The notes below the pieces were generated by a model. The model was not told where the DNA came from, made no database searches, and saw only the letters and a program-made list of their open reading frames with translations. A DNA stretch of 64,000 bases from Phycisphaeraceae bacterium (GTDB lineage: Bacteria; Planctomycetota; Phycisphaerae; Phycisphaerales; Phycisphaeraceae): assembly GCA_963674705.1 (NCBI GenBank), contig OY771506.1, forward strand, positions 1,632,001-1,696,000, written 5' to 3'. Below, piece after piece: positions 30,964 through 40,833 of the stretch; position 1 is the first letter of the stretch, and each line of letters opens with the position of its first letter. A program made the position numbers and the translations under genes.

Positions 30964-32685
30964 TCAGCCTTTACCTTTCGTGTCGCCGCCGTAGACATGT
31001 TGCTCATCCTTGGTAACACGCAAGACTTCCTGAACCGTCGTCAGGCCTTCACGCACCAGACGCCAGCCGTCTTCGCGCAGGCTCTGCATCCCTTCGATGG
31101 TCGCCACGCGTCGGACCTCGCGCCCCGAGGCCGTGCCGGTGGCTAGCGCGCGTAATTGTTCGCTCATCGGCATCATCTCGAACACGCCCCGCCGGCCCTG
31201 GTACCCCGTGCCGTTGCACTCCCGGCAACCCGTGCCGACGTACAACTCGCTGGGCAGGTTACCGTTGTACTTCTCGATCAACGCCTGCGCATCACTCTCC
31301 GCCATACGCTGCTTACAACGCGGGCAGATCAACCGCACCAAGCGCTGCGCCACCACCATCTCAAGCGAAGACGCAACCAGGTAAGGCTCGACGCCCATGT
31401 CGATCAATCGCGGGATCGCGCCCGGCGCATCGTTCGTATGCAGCGTGGAGAAAACAAGATGGCCAGTCAACGATGCCTGCACCGCGATCTCCGCCGTCTC
31501 GCGGTCGCGGATTTCACCGATCAAGACAACGTCCGGGTCGTGACGCAAAATCGACCGCAAGCCACGCGCGAACGTCAACCCGGTTTTCGTATCGACCTGG
31601 ATCTGGTTCACGCCGTCCAGGTGATACTCGATCGGGTCTTCGATCGTGACGATCTTGCGGTCGCTGGTATTGATCTGCGAAAGCCCCGCATACAGCGTCG
31701 TCGTTTTACCGCTACCGGTCGGGCCCGTGACTAACACGATGCCGTGCGGAAGCGCGAGGATTTCTTCGAATTTGCCCAGATGCATCTTGGACATGCCAAG
31801 CCCATTGAGCCCGACCAATGAGCCGTGTCGATCGAGGATACGCAGCACGACCGCTTCGCCGTGCAGCATCGGGATGATCGATACACGCACATCGACTTCA
31901 CGTCCTGAGACACGCAGCTTGATGCGCCCGTCCTGCGGCAGGCGCTTCTCTGCGATATCCAAATGGCTTAGGATCTTAAGACGCGAAACGATCGCCGGCT
32001 GGAACCGCGCCACCTCCGGCGGGATCGACGCCTCGACCAGCGTGCCGTCGATGCGGTACCGCACCTTCAGCTTGTGCTCGAACGGCTCGAAGTGTACGTC
32101 CGTCGCACGGCGTTCGATCGCTTCGATCAAAACCTGGTTTACTAACTGGATGATCGACGCGTCCTCGGCAACGTCCGCCAGGTCGATGTCGTCATCATTG
32201 GTGACAAGCTCGATCCCGTCCGCCGCCAGCAGCGACTGCACCGTCGCAGCGCCGACGCCCAGGTGGGTCGCCAGCGCCCGGCGGATGGAATCGCCGGTAG
32301 CGATGACCGGCTCGACGATACACCCTGTTGCCAGCCGCAACTCGTCCAACCCTCGACGGTCGAACACACGACTGGTAGCGATCTTCAGCCGGCCATCGCT
32401 TCGGCTAATCGGTACGAGCTGATACGTTGTCAGCAAACGCGCGGGAAGCTCAGACAGTAACGCCTTGTCCGGCGGGGTCTGCTCCAGGTCAACGAACGGC
32501 AGACCCAGCGTCTGCGCCAACGCCGGCAGCAAACGCTCTTCGGTCAACCCGTCCGCCTGAAGCACCGCCTCTTCAAGAGGTGTGCCCTCTCGCCAGGCCA
32601 AACGCGCGCGTTCCGCGGTCGGCACGTCGATCAGGCCCCCTTCGGTAAGCTGGCTTATTACATCCCGCATGTCACTGACTTTCAA
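30964..32685 (-). CDS. gspE: T2SS ATPase GspE
   Basis: ATDVHFEP, LDIAEKRLPQDGR, GPTGSGKTTTLY, TIEDPIE, LRHDPDVVLIGEIRD, two CxxC motifs. Confidence 0.95.
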   Translation of the reverse strand: MKVSDMRDVISQLTEGGLIDVPTAERARLAWREGTPLEEAVLQADGLTEERLLPALAQTLGLPFVDLEQTPPDKALLSELPARLLTTYQLVPISRSDGRLKIATSRVFDRRGLDELRLATGCIVEPVIATGDSIRRALATHLGVGAATVQSLLAADGIELVTNDDDIDLADVAEDASIIQLVNQVLIEAIERRATDVHFEPFEHKLKVRYRIDGTLVEASIPPEVARFQPAIVSRLKILSHLDIAEKRLPQDGRIKLRVSGREVDVRVSIIPMLHGEAVVLRILDRHGSLVGLNGLGMSKMHLGKFEEILALPHGIVLVTGPTGSGKTTTLYAGLSQINTSDRKIVTIEDPIEYHLDGVNQIQVDTKTGLTFARGLRSILRHDPDVVLIGEIRDRETAEIAVQASLTGHLVFSTLHTNDAPGAIPRLIDMGVEPYLVASSLEMVVAQRLVRLICPRCKQRMAESDAQALIEKYNGNLPSELYVGTGCRECNGTGYQGRRGVFEMMPMSEQLRALATGTASGREVRRVATIEGMQSLREDGWRLVREGLTTVQEVLRVTKDEQHVYGGDTKGKG

Positions 32686-32703
32686 TCAAAAAACATCCAG
32701 CGA

Positions 32704-33363
32704 TCAGTCAAGCAGCCCTTGCAGCACGAGCGTCGCTTCCTGCTTGGGCGTCATGTAGCCACGAAGCTCTTCCCGAGCCTGACGAAGCGCATCCTGCATA
32801 TTGTTACGTGCGCTGCGCAGGGCCGCGAGTTTGCTCTTGACCTCGTCGGCGCTGACATCATCCTTATCAAGTGTTTCACGCAGTGCGGTGGTCGCGTCAC
32901 TGAGCGCTTTGCCTTGCGAACTCATGCTGTCGGTGTCGCCGAACATCCCGAATCCACCCCGGCCTCCGGGTCCACGGTTGCCACGGCCGCTGAACATCGA
33001 CGACATGCCCACCGCCATCTGTTCCTGGGTCAACTGACGCACCTTCTGGATCATGGGTAACAGCGCCTCGAACTCTTCGGCACTCATCTCCAGTTCCTCA
33101 CGCGTCCGGTCGTTCATCTCCTGTTCCATCTGCTTACGGCGTTCCTCGAAACGCTCGCGCATCTGCTCGCGCTGCTCGTCGGTCATGTTTTCCCAGCCGC
33201 CCCGGCCGCCCTGCCCGCGATCTCGCTGACCCGCCTCCCGGCCGCCATCACGCTGACGCGGCCCGTCCGGCGGCGGTCCGTCCTGAGCCAATACCACCGG
33301 GCTTGCCAGCCCAAAGCTCAACATCATGGCCAATGTTACAGCAATAGATTTAAGGTCCTTCAT
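32704..33363 (-). CDS. Exported helical protein (Spy/CpxP-like LTxxQ motifs), first gene of the T2SS operon
   Basis: Signal peptide from ATG 33363; Gly/Arg-rich linkers; MTDEQRE and MTPKQEA motifs. Confidence 0.65.
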   Translation of the reverse strand: MKDLKSIAVTLAMMLSFGLASPVVLAQDGPPPDGPRQRDGGREAGQRDRGQGGRGGWENMTDEQREQMRERFEERRKQMEQEMNDRTREELEMSAEEFEALLPMIQKVRQLTQEQMAVGMSSMFSGRGNRGPGGRGGFGMFGDTDSMSSQGKALSDATTALRETLDKDDVSADEVKSKLAALRSARNNMQDALRQAREELRGYMTPKQEATLVLQGLLD

Positions 33364-33626
33364 AGCAATGGTTTCCATATAAAGTGGTGTAAGGTTGCCT
33401 GTCCCCACGAGCATAACGACCCGATCCGTCGTTTATTGCTACGCCATGTCGTATCCCGGCTATCCAGCCTGACCATTTGCCCCGCAACACGTCACCCGTG
33501 TTTCTCTTGGCACGCAGGTCCATCAACCATGGCCCCATAATGGCAGGCTTCATCCAACTCAAAGGGTTAGCCTGAAATATTTCACGCAAATTTGAGTGCA
33601 ATACAGGGAATTCCCCTGGTCGATCT

Positions 33627-33653
33627 TAAATGGCAAGCCCTCCCGGACGATAT
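33627..33653 (+). promoter_or_regulatory. Putative sigma-28 (FliA) promoter of the MCP gene
   Basis: TAAA-N15-GACGATAT versus consensus TAAA-N15-GCCGATAA. Confidence 0.55.
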
Positions 33654-33835
33654 CACAGCAGCGGGACTAATGCTTTGATGGTTCGGCAGATACATCATGG
33701 GCGGTTCATCCACACAAAAGTCAATGCGCCGATCACGCAGCTATCTGTCTGAAATAACTGAAACCAGGGCTCGAGCGCAATAAACCACAAGCATTTATAT
33801 CCCGATGTTTATTAAGGGCGTTCCAGGAGAATCTC

Positions 33836-35599
33836 ATGCTTAATCGCTTTATGTCATTGGGGTTGGGGTTGCGGATCATCGCGGTGACCTTGGTCATCCT
33901 ATTCACCGTGGTTGTCGTGAATTACACCGTGTTCGTCAGCAAGTACCAAAACTCCGCCGTCGATGCCATGGTCGAAAAGGCCGCCGCCTTCACCGCCGTC
34001 GCGGACGAAGCCAAGAACCACGTGGCCGATCTGAACAACAAACAAACGTTCGCAACCGAGAAGTTGCTCGAAAAGGTCAAGGCCGACCTCGCGGCCGGCA
34101 AGTCCTACACCGAGTCCGACGTCTTCGGGACCATCCCCGTCGTCGCCGGCTGGACCGCCGCACAGGATGCCGCAAGCCGCGAAAACATCGACTTTTACAT
34201 CTCGGCTTATGATGCCCGTAACAAGGAAAACGAACCGGATACCTCATCTTTCGAAGGCATCCTGCTCACCGACCTGAATAACCAGGTCGCCTCCGGCGGC
34301 GCTGAAACCATCCACCGCATCGATGAAGCCACCAACACCCTGCACTACATGCGTGCTATCCGCCTTGAGCAAAGCTGTATGCTCTGCCACGGCGATCCCG
34401 CCACCAGCCCCACAGGGGACGGCAAGGATATCCTCGGCTTCACGATGGAAAACTGGCGGCCCGGCAAGATGCACGGCGCTTACCACGTCGCCCTCCCGCT
34501 GGCACCGATGGATCAGCAAGTCGCTTCCTTCATCACCGGTGGGCTCATGTGGACCGTCCCGCTTGTCGTTGGCGCGATCCTCCTGTTCATCTACCTGCTG
34601 CGCACCTTCTTCAGCAAGCCTATCTCAACACTGATCTCAAGTATCACCGAGATCCAGGATCACAACGACTTGACCCAGCGCGTCGACATCAAGTCCGACG
34701 ACGAGGTCGGCAAGCTCGGTAAATGCTTCAACAGCTTCATCGAAACGCTTCACGGCGTGATCAGAGATGTGGCTACTTCAACAACTGAAGTCGCCGGCGC
34801 AGCCACTGAAATCGCTGCCAGCAGTGAACAGATCGCCAGCGGCATGCGTGAACAAAGCTCGCAGGTCGAGCAGATCAGCTCCGCGGTCGAAGAAATGTCC
34901 GCCAGCGTCGAGGAAGTCGCCCGCAAGAGCGGCATCGCATCCAACGAAGCCAACGAGTCCGGATCCATGGCAGAAGCCGGCGGCCGGACCGTGCGTGACA
35001 CCATCACCGGCATGCAATCCATCGCCGAAGCCGTCAGCGCTGGTGCACTGAGCGTCGCCGAACTTGGCAAACGCGGCGAACAGATCGGGCAGATCATCAG
35101 TGTCATCAACGACATCGCCGACCAGACCAACCTGCTCGCGCTCAACGCCGCCATCGAAGCCGCCCGCGCCGGTGAGCACGGCCGAGGCTTCGCTGTCGTC
35201 GCCGATGAAGTCCGCAAACTCGCCGACCGCACCACCACCGCGACCGAGGAGATCGCCCAGTCGATCCAGGCTATCCAGGTCGAGACAGGTGAAGCCGTCA
35301 CCAAGATGAATGCCGGCACGGAACAGGTGAACGTCGGTGTCGAGAAAGCAACCGAGGCGGGCCACAGCCTTGAACAGATCGTCAACAGCGCTCGAAGTGT
35401 TGCGGGTAACATCCAGTCCATCGCCGCCGCCGCGGAACAGCAATCCGTAGCCGCCGGCGAAGTCAGCCGCAACATCGAATCCATCTCCGCCGTCACCGCC
35501 GAAAGCACCGAAGGCGCTCAACAAGCAGCTCAGGCTGCCACCATGCTTTCACATAAGTGCGAACAACTGCGAAGCATGGTCGCCCGCTTCAAGATCTGA
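33836..35599 (+). CDS. Methyl-accepting chemotaxis protein with periplasmic c-heme (DUF3365-like) sensor
   Basis: Two TMs, CMLCH haem motif, [41 protein letters not shown]. Confidence 0.95.
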   Translation: MLNRFMSLGLGLRIIAVTLVILFTVVVVNYTVFVSKYQNSAVDAMVEKAAAFTAVADEAKNHVADLNNKQTFATEKLLEKVKADLAAGKSYTESDVFGTIPVVAGWTAAQDAASRENIDFYISAYDARNKENEPDTSSFEGILLTDLNNQVASGGAETIHRIDEATNTLHYMRAIRLEQSCMLCHGDPATSPTGDGKDILGFTMENWRPGKMHGAYHVALPLAPMDQQVASFITGGLMWTVPLVVGAILLFIYLLRTFFSKPISTLISSITEIQDHNDLTQRVDIKSDDEVGKLGKCFNSFIETLHGVIRDVATSTTEVAGAATEIAASSEQIASGMREQSSQVEQISSAVEEMSASVEEVARKSGIASNEANESGSMAEAGGRTVRDTITGMQSIAEAVSAGALSVAELGKRGEQIGQIISVINDIADQTNLLALNAAIEAARAGEHGRGFAVVADEVRKLADRTTTATEEIAQSIQAIQVETGEAVTKMNAGTEQVNVGVEKATEAGHSLEQIVNSARSVAGNIQSIAAAAEQQSVAAGEVSRNIESISAVTAESTEGAQQAAQAATMLSHKCEQLRSMVARFKI

Positions 35600-35625
35600 T
35601 CCAGCTCAAATCTTACACCAACATC

Positions 35626-35662
35626 GACGCCCCGGCTCAACAAATTGGGCCGGGGCGTTTTT
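35626..35662 (+). terminator. Rho-independent terminator after the MCP gene
   Basis: GACGCCCCGGCTCAA-CAAA-TTGGGCCGGGGCGTT followed by TTT. Confidence 0.8.
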
Positions 35663-35686
35663 CTATATCAGTACGTCTTGTGTACG

Positions 35687-35722
35687 CCCCCTTTCCCCCC
35701 GGAGAGGGCCGGGGTGAGGACC
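35687..35722. repeat. Family R REP (solo)
   Basis: CCCCCTTTCCCCCCGGAGAGGGCCGGGGTGAGGACC. Confidence 0.8.
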
Positions 35723-35748
35723 GAAGTCTTTACGTCTTCAATCAATCA

Positions 35749-36750
35749 TCAAGATCCCACATCTATCACTACACGCCCACGCACCTCCCCCTTAAGTATT
35801 TTCTCCGCAAGCTCAATCAACTCCGACATCCGCCTCACCGCCGTCATCGCGTCCAAGTGTCTCGGGTCGAACGACTCGCTCAACGTCTGCCACGCCTTTT
35901 CTCGCTTACTCATCGGCGCCATCACAGAGTCCACGCCGATCAGCGCAATGCTTCGCAAGATGTGTGGCAGCACCGTTCCCGACAGCTCCGCGCCACCGAC
36001 CAATCCGCATGCCGTCACCGCCCCGCCGTACACCGTCTGTGCTAACACGTTTGCCAGCGTCGTCGACCCCACGCAATCCACCGCCCCGCTGTAACGCTCT
36101 TTTTGTAAAGGTCGGCCCGCTTCCGACAACGCCTTCCGATCGATCACCTCACTCGCGCCCAATCCTTTTAGATAGTCGTGCGAATCCGCTTTCCCTGTCG
36201 ATGCGACCACGCGATACCCGCGCGCCGCCAGCAAACTCACCGCCACCGAACCCACTCCGCCTGATGCGCCCGTCACCAGCACCTCCCCCTTGCCCGGCTG
36301 AATCACCCCCCACGCTTCCAGTTCATTCACACACAGCGCCGCCGTATACCCCGCCGTCCCGATCGCCATCGCCTGTTCAAAGCTGAACGCCTCCGGCAAA
36401 CGCATCAACCACTCCGCCCGCAACCGTTGATACCGCGTGTAACCCCCCGACTCCGTCTCCGACAAACCAAACCCGTTGACCACCACCCGGTCCCCCGCCT
36501 TCCAATCAGCCGAATCGGACTCAACCACCGTCCCCGCAAGATCGATCCCCGCTACCAAAGGCAACCGTCGCGCGATTCTTTGTTTCCCCGTAATCGCAAG
36601 TCCGTCCTTGTAATTCAGCGTCGAATACGCTACCTCCACCAGCACGTCATACTCAGGCAAATCATCTACCGTTATCTCACGAAACGCAGGCCGAACCCCA
36701 CCCTCACCTTCTTCAAGTATCAACGCGGTAAACTTTTCATCCTTCATCAA
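35749..36750 (-). CDS. acuI: Acryloyl-CoA reductase AcuI/YhdH-family MDR oxidoreductase
   Basis: YSTLNYKDGLA, GIDLAGTV, AMAIGTAGYTAAL, VTGASGGVGS, PHILRSIALIGVDSV. Confidence 0.85.
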   Translation of the reverse strand: MMKDEKFTALILEEGEGGVRPAFREITVDDLPEYDVLVEVAYSTLNYKDGLAITGKQRIARRLPLVAGIDLAGTVVESDSADWKAGDRVVVNGFGLSETESGGYTRYQRLRAEWLMRLPEAFSFEQAMAIGTAGYTAALCVNELEAWGVIQPGKGEVLVTGASGGVGSVAVSLLAARGYRVVASTGKADSHDYLKGLGASEVIDRKALSEAGRPLQKERYSGAVDCVGSTTLANVLAQTVYGGAVTACGLVGGAELSGTVLPHILRSIALIGVDSVMAPMSKREKAWQTLSESFDPRHLDAMTAVRRMSELIELAEKILKGEVRGRVVIDVGS

Positions 36751-36768
36751 ATTACACCTCTTCTTTTA

Positions 36769-36805
36769 CCCCCTCTCCCCCCGGGAGAGGGTCGGGGTGA
36801 GGGCC
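36769..36805. repeat. Family R REP (solo)
   Basis: CCCCCTCTCCCCCCGGGAGAGGGTCGGGGTGAGGGCC. Confidence 0.85.
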
Positions 36806-36941
36806 GTAGCATATTAAACACACACATCTTCAAACCCGCTCAAGACTCTTTAACTTCCAACAATTCTAATCTTCACTCATCCCCCCGCCACCCTCGCGCA
36901 AAACAGTGACACAACCCACCCACCAACTTATCATGAACCTC

Positions 36942-38333
36942 ATGAAAACACACCGGATACTACCGCTCTGCCTGATCCTCCTAATCACCACCCCGCTTGC
37001 CGCCAAAGACGTCCCGGCGTTTCAAGCCGGCGACCGCGTCGCATTCATCGGCGACTCCATCACGCACGGCGGCAAGTACCACGCCGACATCTACCTCTTC
37101 TACGCTACACGTTTCCCCGATCAACCTTTCAACGTCTACAACTGCGGCGTAGGCAGCGACAACGCGCCCGGGACCTTCAAACGCTTCGAGTCCGACATCG
37201 CAGTCCACCACCCGAACGTCGCCACCATCATGCTCGGCATGAACGATTCATGGTCCTCATGCTTTTCTGAAGGTGAACCCACGCCCGAAATGCTCGAAAC
37301 CCGAAAGCGATGCCACAGCACCTACGAGCAAGGCATGGCAAACCTCGCCGATGCGCTCACCGATGCGGGGTGCCAAATCATCCTCATCAAACCCTCCATC
37401 TATGATCAGACCGCGCAGCTCGAAAGAAAAAACTACCCCGGCAAGAACGACATGATCGTCGAGTTCGGCCAATACCTCGAAACCCTCGCCACCCAACACA
37501 ACGCATCCATCGTCGACTTCACCACCCCCATGCTCGAAGTCAACGCCAAGATGCAGGCCCAGGACCCGACCGCCACCATCGTCGGCGGCGACCGCGTCCA
37601 CCCCGGAACCGCCGGCCACTTCCTCATGGCCTACGCTTTCCTCAAAGCGCAAAACATGCCTGCCATCGTCTCCTCGATCGAACTCGACGCCGCCAATCAA
37701 ACCACAGGCAAACTTGAGAACTGCGCTATTAACGATGATCTAAAATTCTCCGACGACACCATCCAATTCACCTGCACCGAAAACGCGCTGCCTTACCCAC
37801 TCACCGATGCGCAGACCAAAGCCCTGCAATGGGTCCCCTTCCAGACCGAACTCAATCAGCAAATATTCAAAGTTACTTCACTAAAGCCCGGCAAATACCA
37901 ACTCACCATCGACGACACCCCCGTCGGCGTCTACTCCGCCGATGAACTCGCCCAAGGCATCAACCTTTCAGATAACAGCGCCACCCCACAATACAAACAC
38001 GCCCAGCGCGTCGCCGACGCACTCAACGACATGCTCACCGTCACAGGCCAACTCCGCTCCATCGCCTACATGCGCTACATGGTCATTGATAAACAAGACC
38101 CACCCATCCAGGAATCAGACCACGCCGCCGTCAAGCAGGCGCTCGACGCCTACGTCGCCAAAGCCGAAGGCAAACCCTGGTACGACTACTACCAAAGACA
38201 AGCCAATCGCTACCTCGAACTGTCCCCAAAGGAAGATGAACTCAAAACAAACGAACAATCCCTCATGGACCACATCTGGCAAATCAATAAACCAGTATCT
38301 CACCACTGGCAACTCAAACGCGTAAGCAATTGA
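36942..38333 (+). CDS. Secreted SGNH/GDSL hydrolase
   Basis: Signal peptide; FIGDSITH, MLGMND, DRVHP. Confidence 0.88.
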   Translation: MKTHRILPLCLILLITTPLAAKDVPAFQAGDRVAFIGDSITHGGKYHADIYLFYATRFPDQPFNVYNCGVGSDNAPGTFKRFESDIAVHHPNVATIMLGMNDSWSSCFSEGEPTPEMLETRKRCHSTYEQGMANLADALTDAGCQIILIKPSIYDQTAQLERKNYPGKNDMIVEFGQYLETLATQHNASIVDFTTPMLEVNAKMQAQDPTATIVGGDRVHPGTAGHFLMAYAFLKAQNMPAIVSSIELDAANQTTGKLENCAINDDLKFSDDTIQFTCTENALPYPLTDAQTKALQWVPFQTELNQQIFKVTSLKPGKYQLTIDDTPVGVYSADELAQGINLSDNSATPQYKHAQRVADALNDMLTVTGQLRSIAYMRYMVIDKQDPPIQESDHAAVKQALDAYVAKAEGKPWYDYYQRQANRYLELSPKEDELKTNEQSLMDHIWQINKPVSHHWQLKRVSN

Positions 38334-38346
38334 CAGAATTCTTACT

Positions 38347-38508
38347 CCCTCTCCCCTTGGGAGAGGGCCGGGGTGAGGGCCGTTGCGAAATAATCATACG
38401 TTGTTTCAAACACGATCAAGATCTCTTTACGCCATCAGCAATCGAAGTCTTCATGCACAATCAACCCGGCCCTCACCCTAGCCCTCTCCCGCGGGGAGAG
38501 GGGACCGG
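38347..38508. repeat. Inverted pair of family R REPs
   Basis: 38347-38381 and 38466-38508. Confidence 0.88.
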
Positions 38509-38580
38509 GAAAAACAGTTTCTTCTTGTTCAGTTAAGATAAACGTATCGATGTATGAAGATATAGTCATGTTGGTGTACC

Positions 38581-39888
38581 GTGACAGATATTGACTCATT
38601 AACAACACCACGAACCGCCCTCAACTGGCCCGGCAAACAAGCCGCTCGCGAGCTCGTCACTACGCCCGCTGCCGGCGATCTACTCCCCTGCCCCGATCAA
38701 TCCATCAATCCGGATAACACTGACAACCTCTTCATCGAAGGCGATAACCTCGACGCGCTTAAACATCTCGCTAAGACACACGCGCAGCGGATCAAGATGA
38801 TCTACATCGATCCGCCTTACAACACGGGTAAGCGGTTCATCTATCACGACCGCAACCACGCAGCTTCCGGGGGGGAATCCGGGAGCGAGACCGGGGGCGA
38901 AACAAATGGGGATACGCATGCCGGCTGGCTTAACATGATGTATCCGCGTCTGCTGCTGGCTAGGCCGCTGCTCAAAGATGAAGGCGTGATCTTCATTTCG
39001 ATCGATGACAACGAACTGCCACGCCTTCGGCTTCTTTGCGATGAGGTCTTTGGCGAGGACAACTTCGTCGCGGTTTTTACATGGCAGACCAAACGAGCGG
39101 CGCGTGGCGTGCCGCCGACGAATCTGTTGATGGTCAATCATGAATACGTCGTCTGCTACGCGATCGACAAGACCAAGGTTCGCTTCCGCGGGCTGGATCG
39201 TGATGAGAAAGACTTTGCGAACCCGGATAACGATGCGCGCGGGCCCTGGCGGTCCGAAAGTATGAAGGCGACCGGCAAGCAGGACAACACGTTTACGATT
39301 AAAGACCCCGCGACAGGCAACACGTTTACCGCGAACTGGGCGTTTGCGGAGGCGACGCTCAATCAGATGATCGCGGACAACAAGGTGCTCTTCCCTTCAA
39401 CGCCTGCCGGCACGCCTCGGCAGAAGAAGTTCATCAATACGTATCGCAACCCGACCAAGGCGGCGATCACCTCGCTTGGCTGGCATTCAACCGAAAACGC
39501 AACCAAACAACTCATGAACCTCTTCGAAGGCCAAAAGGTCTTCGATTTTCCTAAACCGCAAAGCCTGCTTCGCTTCTTCTGTCAGCAAACGCTAGCCGAG
39601 GACGACATCGCGCTCGACTATTTTGCCGGTTCGGGCAGTCTCGCGCAGGCGGTCATTGAGTTGAACGAAGCCGATCGAGGTGATCGGCGGTTCATCCTCG
39701 TGCAGCGAGCTGAGCCTTGCGATCACAAGTTTTCGACCTCGCAATCGACGATCGAAACCATCGCGGAGGTTTGCAGGCAGCGCATCGCGCGCGTGATCGA
39801 GAAAGTCAAACGCGACCGCGATGATCCGGCGCACGATTCCGTCGCGGACATGCCCGCGCTGGGGTTCAAAGCGATGCGGATCGGATGA
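38581..39888 (+). CDS. Type III Mod-like N6-adenine DNA methyltransferase (no adjacent Res)
   Basis: NLFIEGDNLDAL, IYIDPPYNTG, WLNMMYPRL, IFISIDDNE, FDFPKP, DYFAGSGS. Confidence 0.9.
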   Translation: MTDIDSLTTPRTALNWPGKQAARELVTTPAAGDLLPCPDQSINPDNTDNLFIEGDNLDALKHLAKTHAQRIKMIYIDPPYNTGKRFIYHDRNHAASGGESGSETGGETNGDTHAGWLNMMYPRLLLARPLLKDEGVIFISIDDNELPRLRLLCDEVFGEDNFVAVFTWQTKRAARGVPPTNLLMVNHEYVVCYAIDKTKVRFRGLDRDEKDFANPDNDARGPWRSESMKATGKQDNTFTIKDPATGNTFTANWAFAEATLNQMIADNKVLFPSTPAGTPRQKKFINTYRNPTKAAITSLGWHSTENATKQLMNLFEGQKVFDFPKPQSLLRFFCQQTLAEDDIALDYFAGSGSLAQAVIELNEADRGDRRFILVQRAEPCDHKFSTSQSTIETIAEVCRQRIARVIEKVKRDRDDPAHDSVADMPALGFKAMRIG

Positions 39889-40196
39889 CGGCGTTCGTGC
39901 GCACGGGCCTCAATCACGACAGGACCGTGCGCTCAATCGGTGGTGGATAACGGGTCTGCCACTACCCTCTAATTTGCCTTCACGCACAACTGCGGTTAGC
40001 ACCCACACCTCACCTATCGCACAGCCTCCAACTCCGAGACCCAAAACCCAATTACATTGTCTTGACCCATCACGACACCATCTGAACCGCCACGATCTCA
40101 CAGATCAACGGTCGAATGTGCCACATCCTTCTCGAACCATGCCGATCCTCACCACCACTCGCACCACTCGGCCACCCAACCCTCTCAATAAAGATC

Positions 40197-40213
40197 GTAT
40201 TTAGCCTAAATAC
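40197..40213. other. 17-bp palindrome at the strand-composition switch
   Basis: GTATTTAG-C-CTAAATAC, flanked by inverted CCACCCAAC (40172-40180) and GTTGGGTGG (40251-40259). Confidence 0.6.
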
Positions 40214-40317
40214 TAAGTTCCTGGGTGACACGCAGAAGCGGGTGGATTGTGTTGGGTGGGGTGGGCGGCGGATTCGATGTCTGGTAGATGATGCGTAAAC
40301 GAATGTGTGGCAAATGG

Positions 40318-40833
40318 TTAGCTGCCAAGCACCAGGGACAGGACATGCTGTTTCATGGCAGGCACCTGCTCGGCGACTTCGGCGCTGAGTTGGTCGGCTT
40401 CGTCGAAGCGGTCGGTGCTGATGCTGACGATGTAGGCTTCGGGTGCTCGGCCGAAGAGTTGTTTGGCCATGGCGAGCAGGCGCGGCAGCGTCCAGTGATG
40501 GGTCAGGCCCGTCTCGGTATCGCTGGGCGAGCTGTTGTTATCGTCGTATGCCTCTGGCTGAGCGCGAGTTACGCTGACGATGCCGACCGGTTCGCCGTCG
40601 GGCACACGCGCATCTATTAAAACAGCACGCCTTGCTTGTGAAAGCTCCAAGGCGTGCTCGGGTAATAGCTGATGGGTGATGACGAAACGGTATTGGTTGT
40701 CCGGCAAGGCTTTAGCGTCAAGCTCGGTCTCTGCCTGCTCGGCGACGATCGGTCCAACACCGTCGTCGCCCCGCATCGGGTTGCCACAGGCGATCACCAG
40801 CGTGTCGACCGACACGTCAGGCGTCTCAGCCAC
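40318..40833 (-). CDS. hoxW: Hydrogenase maturation protease
   Basis: [32 protein letters not shown] start overlapping the end of hoxH. Confidence 0.88.
   Translation of the reverse strand: MAETPDVSVDTLVIACGNPMRGDDGVGPIVAEQAETELDAKALPDNQYRFVITHQLLPEHALELSQARRAVLIDARVPDGEPVGIVSVTRAQPEAYDDNNSSPSDTETGLTHHWTLPRLLAMAKQLFGRAPEAYIVSISTDRFDEADQLSAEVAEQVPAMKQHVLSLVLGS

Noticed and set aside
33364..33620. Pho box or riboswitch before the T2SS operon or the MCP
   Set aside because: Only isolated hexamers with no 11-bp phasing; no recognisable aptamer.
38330..38536. Small ORFs with PHPNPLP/PLGEGRGEG peptides (also 21073, 47365, 48050, 53679)
   Set aside because: Translations of intergenic family R repeats.
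40191..40219. Central palindrome as a canonical XerCD dif site
   Set aside because: Lacks the TAA-N6-TTA core; kept only as an unexplained palindrome.
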